DNA from: Myxococcales bacterium | GTDB lineage: Bacteria > UBA10199 > 2-02-FULL-44-16 > JAAZCA01 | Direction of reading: 5' to 3' | Length of the DNA stretch: 64,000 nt | NCBI GenBank assembly: GCA_012513515.1 | Contig: JAAZCA010000029.1 | Span: forward strand, 105,812 to 169,811 | Shown: positions 48,787-60,412 of the stretch, one piece after another | Position numbering within the stretch: the stretch's first letter is position 1 | Layout of the letters: the number at the start of each line of letters is the position of its first letter | Program-made: the position numbers and the translations under genes | The notes under the pieces: model-generated | Seen by the model: only the letters and a program-made list of their open reading frames with translations | What the model was told of the DNA's origin: nothing | Databases searched by the model: none

Positions 48787-49427
48787 TCCTTGAGAGCCGA
48801 CAGAAGAGAGGTGTCGGTTCCATCATACTCCCTGTGTATGTGATAGACGGCAAGCCCCATAACGCTTACCGCAAGCAGCGCATCAATGAGGATTCCAAGC
48901 TCGACGATCATCCCCGCTTCTATATCCAGCGCAAATCCGAAGGCGAAAATACCGTTCTCGAGAATTATATAACCCAGAATCTGGTTTATTGCTTTTCTTC
49001 TGGCTACTATGAAGAATAGTCCGATCAGCATGGTGGAAAGTGCAACTGCGAGGGCGAGAACCGAATGCATATGCCCCACGGCCGGAACCCTAGAGGCGAG
49101 CCAGAGGGATATTATGAATAGAGCAACACCGATGAGAACGGAAACCGTATACCCGACTATAGGCTCTATCTCCCTTCTAAGATTCGTGCTGGAGAGCACC
49201 CTGTTTAGCAAGAAGGGAAAGAGAAAACCCTTAAGCGCTATACTGACAAATGATATGAGATAGGCTCTGAAGAGCTCCCCCTCCGAATGGGCAAAAATAG
49301 GAATCAACCCCAAGAGAATTCCCTGCACGGCCACAACTCGTATCGACGAACGAATTCTGGATGTCACCAGCAGATAAAGATTTGCCAGAACCAAAAGTAT
49401 GAGTATGGAATCTATCGCGCTCTTCAC
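48783..49427 (-). CDS. HyfE-like small membrane subunit
   Basis: 214 aa polytopic membrane protein in the HyfE position. 4 nt overlap upstream. Confidence 0.55.
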   Translation of the reverse strand: MKSAIDSILILLVLANLYLLVTSRIRSSIRVVAVQGILLGLIPIFAHSEGELFRAYLISFVSIALKGFLFPFLLNRVLSSTNLRREIEPIVGYTVSVLIGVALFIISLWLASRVPAVGHMHSVLALAVALSTMLIGLFFIVARRKAINQILGYIILENGIFAFGFALDIEAGMIVELGILIDALLAVSVMGLAVYHIHREYDGTDTSLLSALKD

Positions 49428-49431
49428 AAAT

Positions 49432-50349
49432 TCACCCCAATAAAAAAGAAATGAGAAAAGCCAGCATTGCCACAGAAGCAGCTCCGCTCAAAAGCTGCGG
49501 CACGCGCATCATCTTCAACCTCGCCATCGTGGATTCAACAACGCCTACGGCTATCGCCGTGATGAATATAATAGATATACTCGATAGCAGGGAAAGTGCA
49601 CAACTGGAGGAACTGGAAGGAAATATCACGCCGCCGAAGAGCGATGAGAAGATCCACAATTTCAAAGCCGCACCATAAGTTATAAAGGCGAGATCAGGTC
49701 CGCCCAAATCCAACACCATAACCTCATGGATCATGGTCAGCTCGAGATGGGTATTTGGATCGTCAATCGGTATCCTGGAATTTTCAGCCAGAAGCACTAT
49801 GAACAGAACCACGGCCGCAAGGAATATCGCCATACCATGCCCTCCCCAGGAAGAGGCCAGTCCGGAATATATTCCGGAGAGGGAAAAAGAATCGGATACC
49901 CTCGCAAGAGTGAGCAGTGATATCATAAGCGTCGGCTCGGCCAGCGCTGAAAACATGACATCGCGTGAAGCCCCCATCCCTTCAAAACTTGAACCGGCAT
50001 CGAGAGCGCTTAGCACTACGAAGAATCTGGCTACTCCGAGAAGATAAGCAAAGAGTATCAGATCGCCTGAAAAGGAGAGGAATGATGCGCCTCCTCCCAG
50101 AGGGAGCAGCGATAGAGAGATCATCACCGCAACGAGTGAAATCGCAGGCCCTATTTTGGAGATCCAGGTGGCGCTCCAGCTGATCACCGCACCTTTCCTG
50201 AGAAGTTTTATTATGTCATAGTAATTCTGGAGCAAGGGAGCCCCCTTGCGACCAGCAAACTTCGCCTTGGTTCTGTTGATGATGCCGGGCACAAGAGGTG
50301 CCAGGACAAGAGCTGCTGCAATATTTATCAAACCAATCATATTCATCAT
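49432..50349 (-). CDS. NuoH/HycD-like membrane subunit
   Basis: Internal start MMNMIGL gives a 4 nt overlap with the upstream gene. The longer track ORF to 50436 would overlap it by 91 nt. Confidence 0.7.
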   Translation of the reverse strand: MMNMIGLINIAAALVLAPLVPGIINRTKAKFAGRKGAPLLQNYYDIIKLLRKGAVISWSATWISKIGPAISLVAVMISLSLLPLGGGASFLSFSGDLILFAYLLGVARFFVVLSALDAGSSFEGMGASRDVMFSALAEPTLMISLLTLARVSDSFSLSGIYSGLASSWGGHGMAIFLAAVVLFIVLLAENSRIPIDDPNTHLELTMIHEVMVLDLGGPDLAFITYGAALKLWIFSSLFGGVIFPSSSSSCALSLLSSISIIFITAIAVGVVESTMARLKMMRVPQLLSGAASVAMLAFLISFLLG

Positions 50350-52358
50350 AGTCCACCAAGCTTCCATAGAAGCAAAGCGAGCAAAGTGAATGCTATATAA
50401 AGGATGTACAGATGCACGCTCCCATTTTGCAGCCACCTGAACGCGAATGCAGTTTTTTGGATAAACTTAAAGAGTGGAGCAAAGATCCCCTCTCTGAAGA
50501 TGTCAGCAGGATGCGCCTCGTAGGATCCGCCATCCGGAAAAAAATCCTTCAGGACCGGAGGCGAAGTCCTGATTCTCACCAGCGATTTAAAAAGGCCGAC
50601 GAGCGGAGCGGCGAATGACGATGCCGTGTACTGCATTTTAGGAGATGGTAGCTCATATCCGCAATCCCACGTCGGAGAAGTTGTCACCTCTCGCCTGCGG
50701 AGCAACCGCTTTCTCAAATACATCACCGCACCTGTAAGAAATATCAGCACAGTGGCAGCAGAAGCGACAACTATCATCGGCCATCGTGCAAATGAAAGAG
50801 CGCTGCCAGCAGATTCACCATCCAGGGATATGGAAGAAACAAGGACGGGAATCATCAAACCCAAAATTAGAGGACCGCAGAGTCCTATGAAAGCACAAGC
50901 GCCGGACAGGACGATCATAGGCAGACGCATGGCCATCGGGACTTCGGAGGACTTCGATGCCCCCTCTTCGCGTGGCTCACCTAAAAACACAACGCCAAAG
51001 GCCTTTGCAAAACACGCCGATGCCAGCCCTCCTATTAACGCCAAGCCTGCGATGGTTATTAAAGCCGGAACAAAACTCCAGATCCCTGCAAGGTTTGAGG
51101 CTGAAAGATGTGAAATGTACAATATCGCTGAAAGATAGATCAGCAACTCACTTACAAAACCATTGAGCGGAGGAAGCCCTGCAATAGCAACCGAGCCAAC
51201 AAGGAAGGAAGCCCCGGTGACCGGCATGCGTTTCAGGAGACCGCCGAGACGATCTATCGAGGTCGTTCGGGTCGAGTACAAAACCGAGCCGGCGCCAAGA
51301 AAGAGCAAGCCCTTGAAAAGGGCGTGATTAAGAACGTGCAGAAGAGCTCCGGCAAAACCAAGCGCAGCGACGACATTCGCCCCACTGGCCACACCAACAG
51401 TACCGATTCCGATTCCAAGAAATATGATCCCGATATTTTCAACACTGTGATAAGCAAGAAGCGACTTCAGATCGTGCTGCGCAAGCGCGTACAAAACGCC
51501 AAGAACGCCGGAGGTCAAGCCGATGAAAATAAGCAGGTACCCCAACCAGATATGATCGAACCCAAAAAATATCATCATTCTAAGCAGGCCGTATATACCG
51601 GTCTTTATCATCACCCCCGACATTATCGCGGATATATGCGAGGGCGCGGCGGGATGGGCTTCCGGAAGCCATACGTGAAGCGGTATGACACCGGCCTTGC
51701 TGCCAAACCCCACCACCGCCAGAAGGAACATCCCAAAAAGTTCCGGGCTAGCGAGCGAGGACAACGTGCCCCATTCGGAAAAATTGAAGCTGCCAGCCCT
51801 GACTCCCGCGATCGCAAAAAACAGGAACAAAAATGCCGTCCCTATGTGCGTAGCCACGAGATAGGTCCATCCAGCTGACCTGACATTTTTCCTTTCACTG
51901 TTGAAACAGACCAGAAAAAATGAGGAAAGTGCCATTATTTCCCACGCAAAGAGAAATAAAATTGCGTTGCGCGCGATGATGACTGCGACCATGCTAACGA
52001 TCAGAAGCGACAGATAAAACCATGAGGAGCCGGTCGATTTCCTACCCGCAAGCTCAGGCAGATATCTGGCCCCATAGAGGGCTGAAAGAGCCGACAGTAT
52101 AAAAACGGGGATCAGAAATAAGGCCGAAAGAGAATCGATTCCGACATCGAAAGATCCGTAAGGGACGCTCCATTCGGCAGAAAAACTCAACGGGACTGAA
52201 GCAAAGAGCGCAGCAAAAACCTGAAAAAGACCCAAGATAGCGCCCAAAGAAATACCAAGCGAGGAAAAGAGAGCGGCTTTTCTGGAAGAATTACCCAGCA
52301 GAAGTGAAAGCACTCCCCCCAATAGGATGGCGACGATGGAAAATCCTGTCAGGATCAT
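50346..52358 (-). CDS. NuoL/HyfB-like antiporter-type membrane subunit
   Basis: 670 aa with NuoL-like TM topology. Confidence 0.75.
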   Translation of the reverse strand: MILTGFSIVAILLGGVLSLLLGNSSRKAALFSSLGISLGAILGLFQVFAALFASVPLSFSAEWSVPYGSFDVGIDSLSALFLIPVFILSALSALYGARYLPELAGRKSTGSSWFYLSLLIVSMVAVIIARNAILFLFAWEIMALSSFFLVCFNSERKNVRSAGWTYLVATHIGTAFLFLFFAIAGVRAGSFNFSEWGTLSSLASPELFGMFLLAVVGFGSKAGVIPLHVWLPEAHPAAPSHISAIMSGVMIKTGIYGLLRMMIFFGFDHIWLGYLLIFIGLTSGVLGVLYALAQHDLKSLLAYHSVENIGIIFLGIGIGTVGVASGANVVAALGFAGALLHVLNHALFKGLLFLGAGSVLYSTRTTSIDRLGGLLKRMPVTGASFLVGSVAIAGLPPLNGFVSELLIYLSAILYISHLSASNLAGIWSFVPALITIAGLALIGGLASACFAKAFGVVFLGEPREEGASKSSEVPMAMRLPMIVLSGACAFIGLCGPLILGLMIPVLVSSISLDGESAGSALSFARWPMIVVASAATVLIFLTGAVMYLRKRLLRRREVTTSPTWDCGYELPSPKMQYTASSFAAPLVGLFKSLVRIRTSPPVLKDFFPDGGSYEAHPADIFREGIFAPLFKFIQKTAFAFRWLQNGSVHLYILYIAFTLLALLLWKLGGL

Positions 52359-53056
52359 AGCGCCACCTCATCTTTCTTTATCTTGCAGGGGAAGGATTCT
52401 ATTCTTTCCAGATCTCCGAACAAAAGCTCTGGAGAGGCGCGGTCGATGAGAAGCTTTCTGAATGAATCGTCATGAATAGCAAGGCTAATCATGGAAAGAA
52501 GATGCAGATGCTCCCTTATAGTGTTGCTGATTATAAGGAAAAAGATATCCACGGGCTTTTTGTCGGCAGCACCGAAGTCAATCGGATGTTCCATGAAACA
52601 AAGGGATACGCTGGAATCGGAGCGACCAAGCACTATGGGCTTTCTAGGGTGCGGAATAGCTATCCCATAGCCAACTCCGGTAGAACCCAACCCTTCCCTG
52701 GATAGAAGAAGCTGATACAGAAATTCTTCATCCACGTCATTTGGAATGCGCAAAGAGGAGACTATCGAACGAAGTGCAGACTCCCTATCGGTTCCCTTGA
52801 GGCCGTAGTGAATTCCACCGAGACGCAATGCCTTTGAAAATGACGAAAAATCGAAACCGATATCATCCGAAGATCTGAGAGCAGCCCTTGAAAGGCGGAG
52901 CCCTCTCACCGATGCCCAGTCAAGCACCTCGGATTTTATAAATCTGTTTTGCCCCTTCACACTATAGCAAGGCAGACCGTCACTCTTCACCCATCTGGAA
53001 ACGGTGCCCTCGGAAACATCGAACATATCGGCAATATCACTAATTGTGAGTCTCAT
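52355..53056 (-). CDS. HTH (MerR/excisionase-type) plus PTS EIIA type-2 domain regulator
   Basis: ISDIADMFDVSEGTVSRWVK is an HTH. GVGYGIAIPHPR is the EIIA-2 phospho-His motif. Overlaps the first Ehr gene by 4 nt (ATGA). Confidence 0.65.
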   Translation of the reverse strand: MRLTISDIADMFDVSEGTVSRWVKSDGLPCYSVKGQNRFIKSEVLDWASVRGLRLSRAALRSSDDIGFDFSSFSKALRLGGIHYGLKGTDRESALRSIVSSLRIPNDVDEEFLYQLLLSREGLGSTGVGYGIAIPHPRKPIVLGRSDSSVSLCFMEHPIDFGAADKKPVDIFFLIISNTIREHLHLLSMISLAIHDDSFRKLLIDRASPELLFGDLERIESFPCKIKKDEVAL

Positions 53057-53104
53057 GGTTGCGCATAGCTACACTATCGCAGTGATAAAATCAACATGCT
53101 CGCC

Positions 53105-53145
53105 CAATAACTTCGACCATGGACAATTGACCATCGACAAAAACA
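53105..53145. repeat. dispersed palindromic repeat, copy 3 (left half only)
   Basis: CAATAACTTCGACCATGGACAATTGACCATCGACAAAAACA. Shares 35 nt, including the left flank, with copy 1. Confidence 0.6.
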
Positions 53146-53148
53146 TCA

Positions 53149-53242
53149 AGAAGCTAGAATCTAGAAGTGAGAAGCGAGATTTCTACAAGCGAGGTTTTTC
53201 TAGCTTCTAGCCTCTCGCTTCTAGCTTCTAGCTTCTGTTTTT
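53149..53242. repeat. CTAG-dense imperfect hairpin with an (AGCTTCT)3 tandem, followed by a T run
   Basis: GAAGCTAGAATCTAGAAGTGAGAAGCGAG...CTCGCTTCTAGCTTCTAGCTTCTGTTTTT. 7 CTAG in about 90 nt. Confidence 0.6.
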
Positions 53243-53291
53243 CCCCGGTCACGGTCGTTGCGGGGATGATAGCCTTCACAAACCACGGCAG

Positions 53292-54833
53292 TTATTCCCA
53301 CTCTATGGTGGCGGGAGGTTTCGATGAGATATCGTACACGACGCGGTTGATCCCCTTCACCTCGTTGATGATTCGATTTGATATCGCACCGAGAACTTCG
53401 TACGGGATATGCGCCCAATCGGCGGTCATACCATCGATCGAGGTCACCGCTCGCACAGCAACCACGTTCTCGTAAGTTCGTTCGTCCCCCATGACGCCTA
53501 CAGACTTCACCGGAAGAAGAACGCAAAAGCACTGCCAGATTTTATTATAGAGCCCCGCCGCCTTTATCTCCTGCATCAGGATATCGTCGGCATCGCGCAG
53601 AAGGTCGAGACGATCCCTGGTTATATTACCTACCACCCTGACCGCAAGCCCAGGGCCGGGAAAGGGCTGTCTGGCTACGATCTCCTCAGGCATACCGAGT
53701 TTTCTGCCAACCTCGCGAACCTCATCTTTGAAGAGCTCCCTGAAAGGCTCCACGAGGCTAAGCCCCATCTTTTCAGGCAATCCTCCGACGTTATGGTGAC
53801 TTTTTATCATAGCCGACGGCCCCCTGAAGGAGACCGACTCGATGACATCCGGATAGAGCGTTCCCTGTGCAAGATATTTCACATCTCCAAGTCTTTTAGC
53901 CCTCTCCTCAAACACCTCTATGAATACTCGTCCTATTATCTTACGCTTTTTTTCCGGATCCTCGACGCCGGAAAGCTCGGAAAGAAATTTCTGTGAGGCA
54001 TCGACGACTTCGAGATTGATGTGAAAATTATCGCGAAAAATTTTCTCGACCTTGGCGGCCTCGGATTTCCTCAAAAGGCCGTTATCGACGAATATGCAGG
54101 TGAGCTTCTCTCCTATTGCGCTGTGCAAAAGCATGGCGGCGACCGAGGAATCCACCCCTCCGGAGAGACCCAGTATCACCCTTTCCTCCCCAACCCTGTT
54201 CCTAATCTCATCTCTCTGAATCTCGATGAATGAATCCATCGTCCAGTCGGCCTTGCATTCGCATATCTTAAAAAGAAAATTGGAAATAAGAGCGCCTCCC
54301 TCCGGAGTATGCGTAACCTCAGGATGGAACTGGACGCCAATCACCGTGTTGGCAGCGTTGGAAATGATCGCACACGAGGAGTTGTCGCTACGCGCGATCA
54401 CGCGAAATCCGTCGGGAATTCTTTCGACCTTGTCGCCGTGGCTCATCCATACCGGCATCGGCCATGACTTGATCCCCGAAAATACCGGATGCGATTCGTC
54501 GGCTGTGAGCATGGCGCGCCCGTATTCCCGTTTGCCGGCACGCACCACCTCTCCTCCGAGCAACTTCGATATCGACTGCATCCCGTAACAGATCCCCAGA
54601 ACGGGAAGACCTAGAGAAAGCAGCTTCGGATTCAGGACCGGGGAGCCCTCTTCGGTGACAGATGCTGGAGAACCGGAAAGGATTACTCCTTTTGCTCCAA
54701 ATTTTTCCACCTCCGAGAGGGGCCAATTGAACGGATGAATTTCGCAATAGACATTGGCCTCTCGAACGCGCCTGGCTATCAGCTGGGTATACTGCGAACC
54801 GAAATCCAAAATTAGAATTTTACTGTAGTCCAT
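53292..54833 (-). CDS. guaA: GMP synthase (glutamine-hydrolysing)
   Basis: GATase [12 protein letters not shown]-loop SGGVDSSV. 513 aa. Confidence 0.95.
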   Translation of the reverse strand: MDYSKILILDFGSQYTQLIARRVREANVYCEIHPFNWPLSEVEKFGAKGVILSGSPASVTEEGSPVLNPKLLSLGLPVLGICYGMQSISKLLGGEVVRAGKREYGRAMLTADESHPVFSGIKSWPMPVWMSHGDKVERIPDGFRVIARSDNSSCAIISNAANTVIGVQFHPEVTHTPEGGALISNFLFKICECKADWTMDSFIEIQRDEIRNRVGEERVILGLSGGVDSSVAAMLLHSAIGEKLTCIFVDNGLLRKSEAAKVEKIFRDNFHINLEVVDASQKFLSELSGVEDPEKKRKIIGRVFIEVFEERAKRLGDVKYLAQGTLYPDVIESVSFRGPSAMIKSHHNVGGLPEKMGLSLVEPFRELFKDEVREVGRKLGMPEEIVARQPFPGPGLAVRVVGNITRDRLDLLRDADDILMQEIKAAGLYNKIWQCFCVLLPVKSVGVMGDERTYENVVAVRAVTSIDGMTADWAHIPYEVLGAISNRIINEVKGINRVVYDISSKPPATIEWE

Positions 54834-54840
54834 TGAAAGT

Positions 54841-56346
<1,506 letters not shown>

Positions 56347-56364
56347 TTAGCTTGTTTTTGAAGA

Positions 56365-58332
56365 TCAATCCAGCCATCTGGACGGAGGAGAGGCTGAACT
56401 GCCGCCGCCTGGCACCACAGGCTCGGTTTCCTTCTCGGCAGGAACTACGACAGCCGATGCAGGCATGCCGTTTTCGGGAGGTTTGTAGTTCATGTATCTG
56501 TTGGTAGAAACATGAAAGATAACCCTGCGGTTCTTGGCACGACCCTCCTCGGTCTCATTGGAGGCGGCCGGCTTCACATCACCATGCCCATAAGGCAATA
56601 GATCGACTCCGGGGCGAAGCCCATGACTCCTCATATAAGATATGACTACGTTGGCCCTCTTTTCGGAGACGATCTTGTTAGCCGCCGGAGTTCCCATGGA
56701 ATCTGCATGCCCCTCGATGCTTATTCGGCTGATCCAGTTGGTAGCATTGATGGTAGCAATCACCTGATCCAGAGCTTGGGCAGCCTGAGAATCAAGAGTG
56801 GAACTGTTGAAGGCAAAATAAACCGGTTTCAGACTCTTCACCTCTCCGCCGCTGACCCCTGCTCTTTCAGCATCCAATTTAGCGTACTTGACCATCGTAT
56901 CCCACTGGTCCTCGCCGTAATCCTGACGCAGCATATAGAACTTCGGACAGGATGGGTCGTCTATCCCGTAGCGAAAATCCGCCGGATTCGCAGGGCACTG
57001 ACCGGATATATCTACCGCATCCTTGAGGGTATAGAATTTTGGACACGCGCTATCGTGAACGCCGTGCTTAAAATCAGCCGGGTCATCGGGACACTTGAGC
57101 CTCATTTCTGAGACGCTCAGGGAGTAGATGCTCCTAATCTCGTCCTGCGAATAGGTATCAGAAAGCACGAAGATTTTAGGACAAGAAGGATCGTGCTGGT
57201 TCGGGTTATAGAGATCGGGGCTTGCGGGACACCTTACGACGAGGTCTGCCAACTCCCTCAGCTCGTAATATTTCGGACACTGCTCGCTATGAACGCCGCT
57301 CTGAAACTGCGCTGGATTATCCGGACAGTTCATCTTGAGGGCATACAGTTCGTCAGCGGAAAGCTGTTTCTTGAAGAGCGCGTTGTATTTTATCCACTCA
57401 TCACTATCGAGCTGGCGATATTTCTGTGTATTTAGCCGGTATTTCACGGAAAGGATTCCCCTGCCCCTAGCACCAGTCACACCGCAGACCAGACAAGTGC
57501 CGCCACCGGCCTGCAACGTAACACCAGTATCCTTGATATCCCACCTCGCACCCAGATAGGCTTCGGCAGGAGTGGTATCTCTGTCCTTGAAAAAATTATC
57601 TATCGAAGTCTGGGCATTGACCTCGCCGAATAGCCATACATCCGGAATCGGTATGAAGGAGGCCCCTCCGCCGACCAGAAATCTGTGCCGATAATCCACG
57701 TTGCGGAAATCGACCTTTTTACCCCCCTGATAGCCAAGGTTCATGGCAAGGGCGACCTTTGGATGGAGCCTCGCATCCAAGGCGACCTTTATCCCCCCGG
57801 TGAGACCGTCATCTCCGACATAGCGCTCCGATTTTCCAGTAGGAGCTGTTATGAACGGAATGAAGGCGAGGCCGATATATTTGTCATAGGGTGTGAGCAC
57901 CCTGGCCTTGAATTCGGCACGAACGTCCCCGATGTTGAAATAGTTTTTCAGAGGATCGGCGGAGGGATCGTTCGGAGCCTTGAACTTGTTGATGACTACC
58001 AGCGGAAAATCGACGCCTATCTGCAGCCATTCAAGTATTCCAAAGGCAGCGACGAAATCCTCGACCAAAAGCTGATCTATTATTCCGCGAACTCGCTGCG
58101 TTCCTTGTCTGAGCTCCATCGGATGGTAAGCGTAAGAACTAACGACACCGACATCGAACTGCAGCTTATGAAGCGTCTCAGAACTGTGAAGCATGAAATA
58201 TGGATTCCTGCCGATGGCGGGCTTGAAAAACTGGGCATTGAAATGCTCGGTGGAGGCATTGGAAACGGATGCCATGGATAGAAAAAGCGCAATGACGAGA
58301 GCAGAGCCAAAATAGCGCGAAAACCTTCCCAT
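56365..58332 (-). CDS. OmpA-family outer-membrane protein with four internal Cys-pair repeats
   Basis: Signal peptide. Beta-rich N-terminal region. Four CPxxPAxFxxGxxDxxCPK[FY]Y repeats. C-terminal OmpA_C peptidoglycan-binding domain (FNSSTLDSQA...GHADSMGT...NRRV). Confidence 0.7.
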   Translation of the reverse strand: MGRFSRYFGSALVIALFLSMASVSNASTEHFNAQFFKPAIGRNPYFMLHSSETLHKLQFDVGVVSSYAYHPMELRQGTQRVRGIIDQLLVEDFVAAFGILEWLQIGVDFPLVVINKFKAPNDPSADPLKNYFNIGDVRAEFKARVLTPYDKYIGLAFIPFITAPTGKSERYVGDDGLTGGIKVALDARLHPKVALAMNLGYQGGKKVDFRNVDYRHRFLVGGGASFIPIPDVWLFGEVNAQTSIDNFFKDRDTTPAEAYLGARWDIKDTGVTLQAGGGTCLVCGVTGARGRGILSVKYRLNTQKYRQLDSDEWIKYNALFKKQLSADELYALKMNCPDNPAQFQSGVHSEQCPKYYELRELADLVVRCPASPDLYNPNQHDPSCPKIFVLSDTYSQDEIRSIYSLSVSEMRLKCPDDPADFKHGVHDSACPKFYTLKDAVDISGQCPANPADFRYGIDDPSCPKFYMLRQDYGEDQWDTMVKYAKLDAERAGVSGGEVKSLKPVYFAFNSSTLDSQAAQALDQVIATINATNWISRISIEGHADSMGTPAANKIVSEKRANVVISYMRSHGLRPGVDLLPYGHGDVKPAASNETEEGRAKNRRVIFHVSTNRYMNYKPPENGMPASAVVVPAEKETEPVVPGGGSSASPPSRWLD

Positions 58333-58450
58333 CTCCCCCCCCATTCCTGATAATGCCGCACTAAACCATCAAGATTATCGAGAAGTTAGCAGATAGATCA
58401 GGCAGTTGCAACGCGTTTTTCCGATATCCTCTAAAGCCCCTCGCCTGCCC

Positions 58451-59674
58451 TCAGCTCTTCTTCGATCGTTTGCGCGGCGAGTGTTCCTTGACTTCGAAGG
58501 TGAAGATGCGGCCGCTGTTGGAAAGTATATAGAGCATATCGTCCGCAACGACGAGGTCGCCGTAGCTCCCCCCCCTTATGTACCGCTGAAAAAGTATGTC
58601 ACCGGTATCGCTGTCGATGAGATAGAGGCGCTGCTTGGTCGAAGCGACCGCGACATAATCCTTCCCGGCGGCGGGTGAAGAGAGCCCTGCTTCCTCAAGA
58701 TCCTGCTGCCAGATAAAATTTCCCTCTATGGGATCGAGCGCGGCAACCCCTCCACCGCCCGAGACGTACATCCTCTCTCCGTACAGTATGGGATCACTCG
58801 AGCCTCCGGCGTTGGCATCCCAGTCTATTCGCCCGGTAACCGTATCGATACAGAAAAGGGAATTGTCGGCGGTCGTAACATAGACTTTGTCGCCGACGAA
58901 GAGCGGCCTGCTGTCCACGTCAAAAACCTGAGATCTTCTGTCGCCAAGCTGCCTTGTCCAGACGATCCTGCCATCGCTTTCCCTGTAAGCGATCAAAAGT
59001 CCGGAGGACGAACCGAGGTATATCAGGCCGTCCCTAAGAACGGGGGCTGCTGCCCTCCGAACGGAAAATCCGAAATCGTCATCGAAGGCTTCGGTATGCC
59101 AGAGCTCGACGCCGCTCCCCCTGTCCAGCGCGAAGAGCCTGCCGGACATCGTGGCGATATAAACGCGATCGCCGGTAACAAGAGGTTGGGCTAGAACGGA
59201 GGTGTCAACCTTGCTCTTCCACCTCTCCGCGCCGGTCTCGACATCGAGAGCATAAACGTTCGCCTTGCAGTCCCCGAAGAAAACATCTCCGCCGGAAACT
59301 GTCGCTTCAGCCTGTATCGCACCATCGGCTTTGTAGGACCAAATCTTGTTTTTGAGTTTGGTGTCTATCGAATAGAAATACCCAGCATCGACCCCTACGA
59401 ATATCTTTCCGTCGCTGAGAAGCGGCGTGGAAAACTGGTACGGTCTGCTGTTCCAGAATGAGGATTTCTTGAGGCTCACCACCTTGCGTCTGGAAAGTTC
59501 GATCCTCCTGTCCGACTTGATGTACGAACTGAGTCTCCTGTATTGTTCCGGCCTTCTCAGAGATTCGTGGCTCAAAAAATGGCGCTTTGGCGGAGGCCGA
59601 TACCTTGCCGACGCATCAGAACAGATACTGAAGATGACGACCACCGCAATGGCGGCAACAAAAAACCTCATCAC
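58451..59674 (-). CDS. bamB: outer-membrane assembly lipoprotein BamB (PQQ-like beta-propeller)
   Basis: Lipobox IFSICS. Repeated GxLxALDxxTGxxxW PQQ-like blades. Confidence 0.7.
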   Translation of the reverse strand: MMRFFVAAIAVVVIFSICSDASARYRPPPKRHFLSHESLRRPEQYRRLSSYIKSDRRIELSRRKVVSLKKSSFWNSRPYQFSTPLLSDGKIFVGVDAGYFYSIDTKLKNKIWSYKADGAIQAEATVSGGDVFFGDCKANVYALDVETGAERWKSKVDTSVLAQPLVTGDRVYIATMSGRLFALDRGSGVELWHTEAFDDDFGFSVRRAAAPVLRDGLIYLGSSSGLLIAYRESDGRIVWTRQLGDRRSQVFDVDSRPLFVGDKVYVTTADNSLFCIDTVTGRIDWDANAGGSSDPILYGERMYVSGGGGVAALDPIEGNFIWQQDLEEAGLSSPAAGKDYVAVASTKQRLYLIDSDTGDILFQRYIRGGSYGDLVVADDMLYILSNSGRIFTFEVKEHSPRKRSKKS

Positions 59675-60402
59675 TTGTTATCCCCTTTCAGCGCCAGCCA
59701 TATCAAACGTTCCTCGCTCTTGGCCTTGGCTTCAGCATCGTACTCCTCCGCTTCATCGACCACCTGTCGGTAGAGCTTCAGGGCCTCATCGAGGTTGCCT
59801 GAATTTTCCAGGATGAGAGCGGCCCTATAACGGCTATCCGCGCTCATGATATTGGATGGATCGGCTGCAACTTTGAGATAAGTCTCGGCAGCTCCCGCCG
59901 GATCCCCCGAGGCCAGTTCGGCATCGGCAGCTCGATACATGGCGGCGACAAAGAGCATTGGGTTATTGCGCGACTTGCCCGCCAATTTGCGAAAGCCTTC
60001 GATCGCCTCCTCAAATCGCCCCCTTTCGATATAGATCTCACCGAGCTGCATGAGGGCCTGTTTTCCGGCGGCGGTACCGAGATATGAATCCACCACAGAT
60101 TCAAGTGCTTCCATCTGATCTTCGGAATGGTGGGACATTTGCTGCGCGGCATAAAGTGCGTCCGCAGCCTTGTTCGAACGCCATTTCCAATATCCGCTGG
60201 CCCCTATTACTATTGAGAAGAGAAGCCCTGCTACAACGACTATCTCGAGGGCGCTCTTCCAGTGTTCCTTCAACCACAGGACGACGCGAACGGTCCAGTT
60301 GACGAAGTCATCATGCGGTTTCGATTTTTCACGCGGCAATCTCTTATAGGTACCTATGGCACACCTCCCCGGCGCTCTATGCGCCCCAACCGCGCCGCCC
60401 AC
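59671..60402 (-). CDS. YfgM-like TPR membrane protein
   Basis: Single N-terminal TM plus a TPR-like helical domain. Lies immediately upstream of bamB with a 4 nt overlap, as yfgM does in E. coli. Confidence 0.5.
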   Translation of the reverse strand: MGGAVGAHRAPGRCAIGTYKRLPREKSKPHDDFVNWTVRVVLWLKEHWKSALEIVVVAGLLFSIVIGASGYWKWRSNKAADALYAAQQMSHHSEDQMEALESVVDSYLGTAAGKQALMQLGEIYIERGRFEEAIEGFRKLAGKSRNNPMLFVAAMYRAADAELASGDPAGAAETYLKVAADPSNIMSADSRYRAALILENSGNLDEALKLYRQVVDEAEEYDAEAKAKSEERLIWLALKGDNK

Positions 60403-60412
60403 AGCGGCAATT

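Noticed and set aside
53149-53242. Rho-independent terminator for guaA
   Set aside because: The U-run is on the plus strand, while guaA and the regulator are both on the minus strand. The orientation does not fit termination of either, so it is recorded only as a structured repeat.
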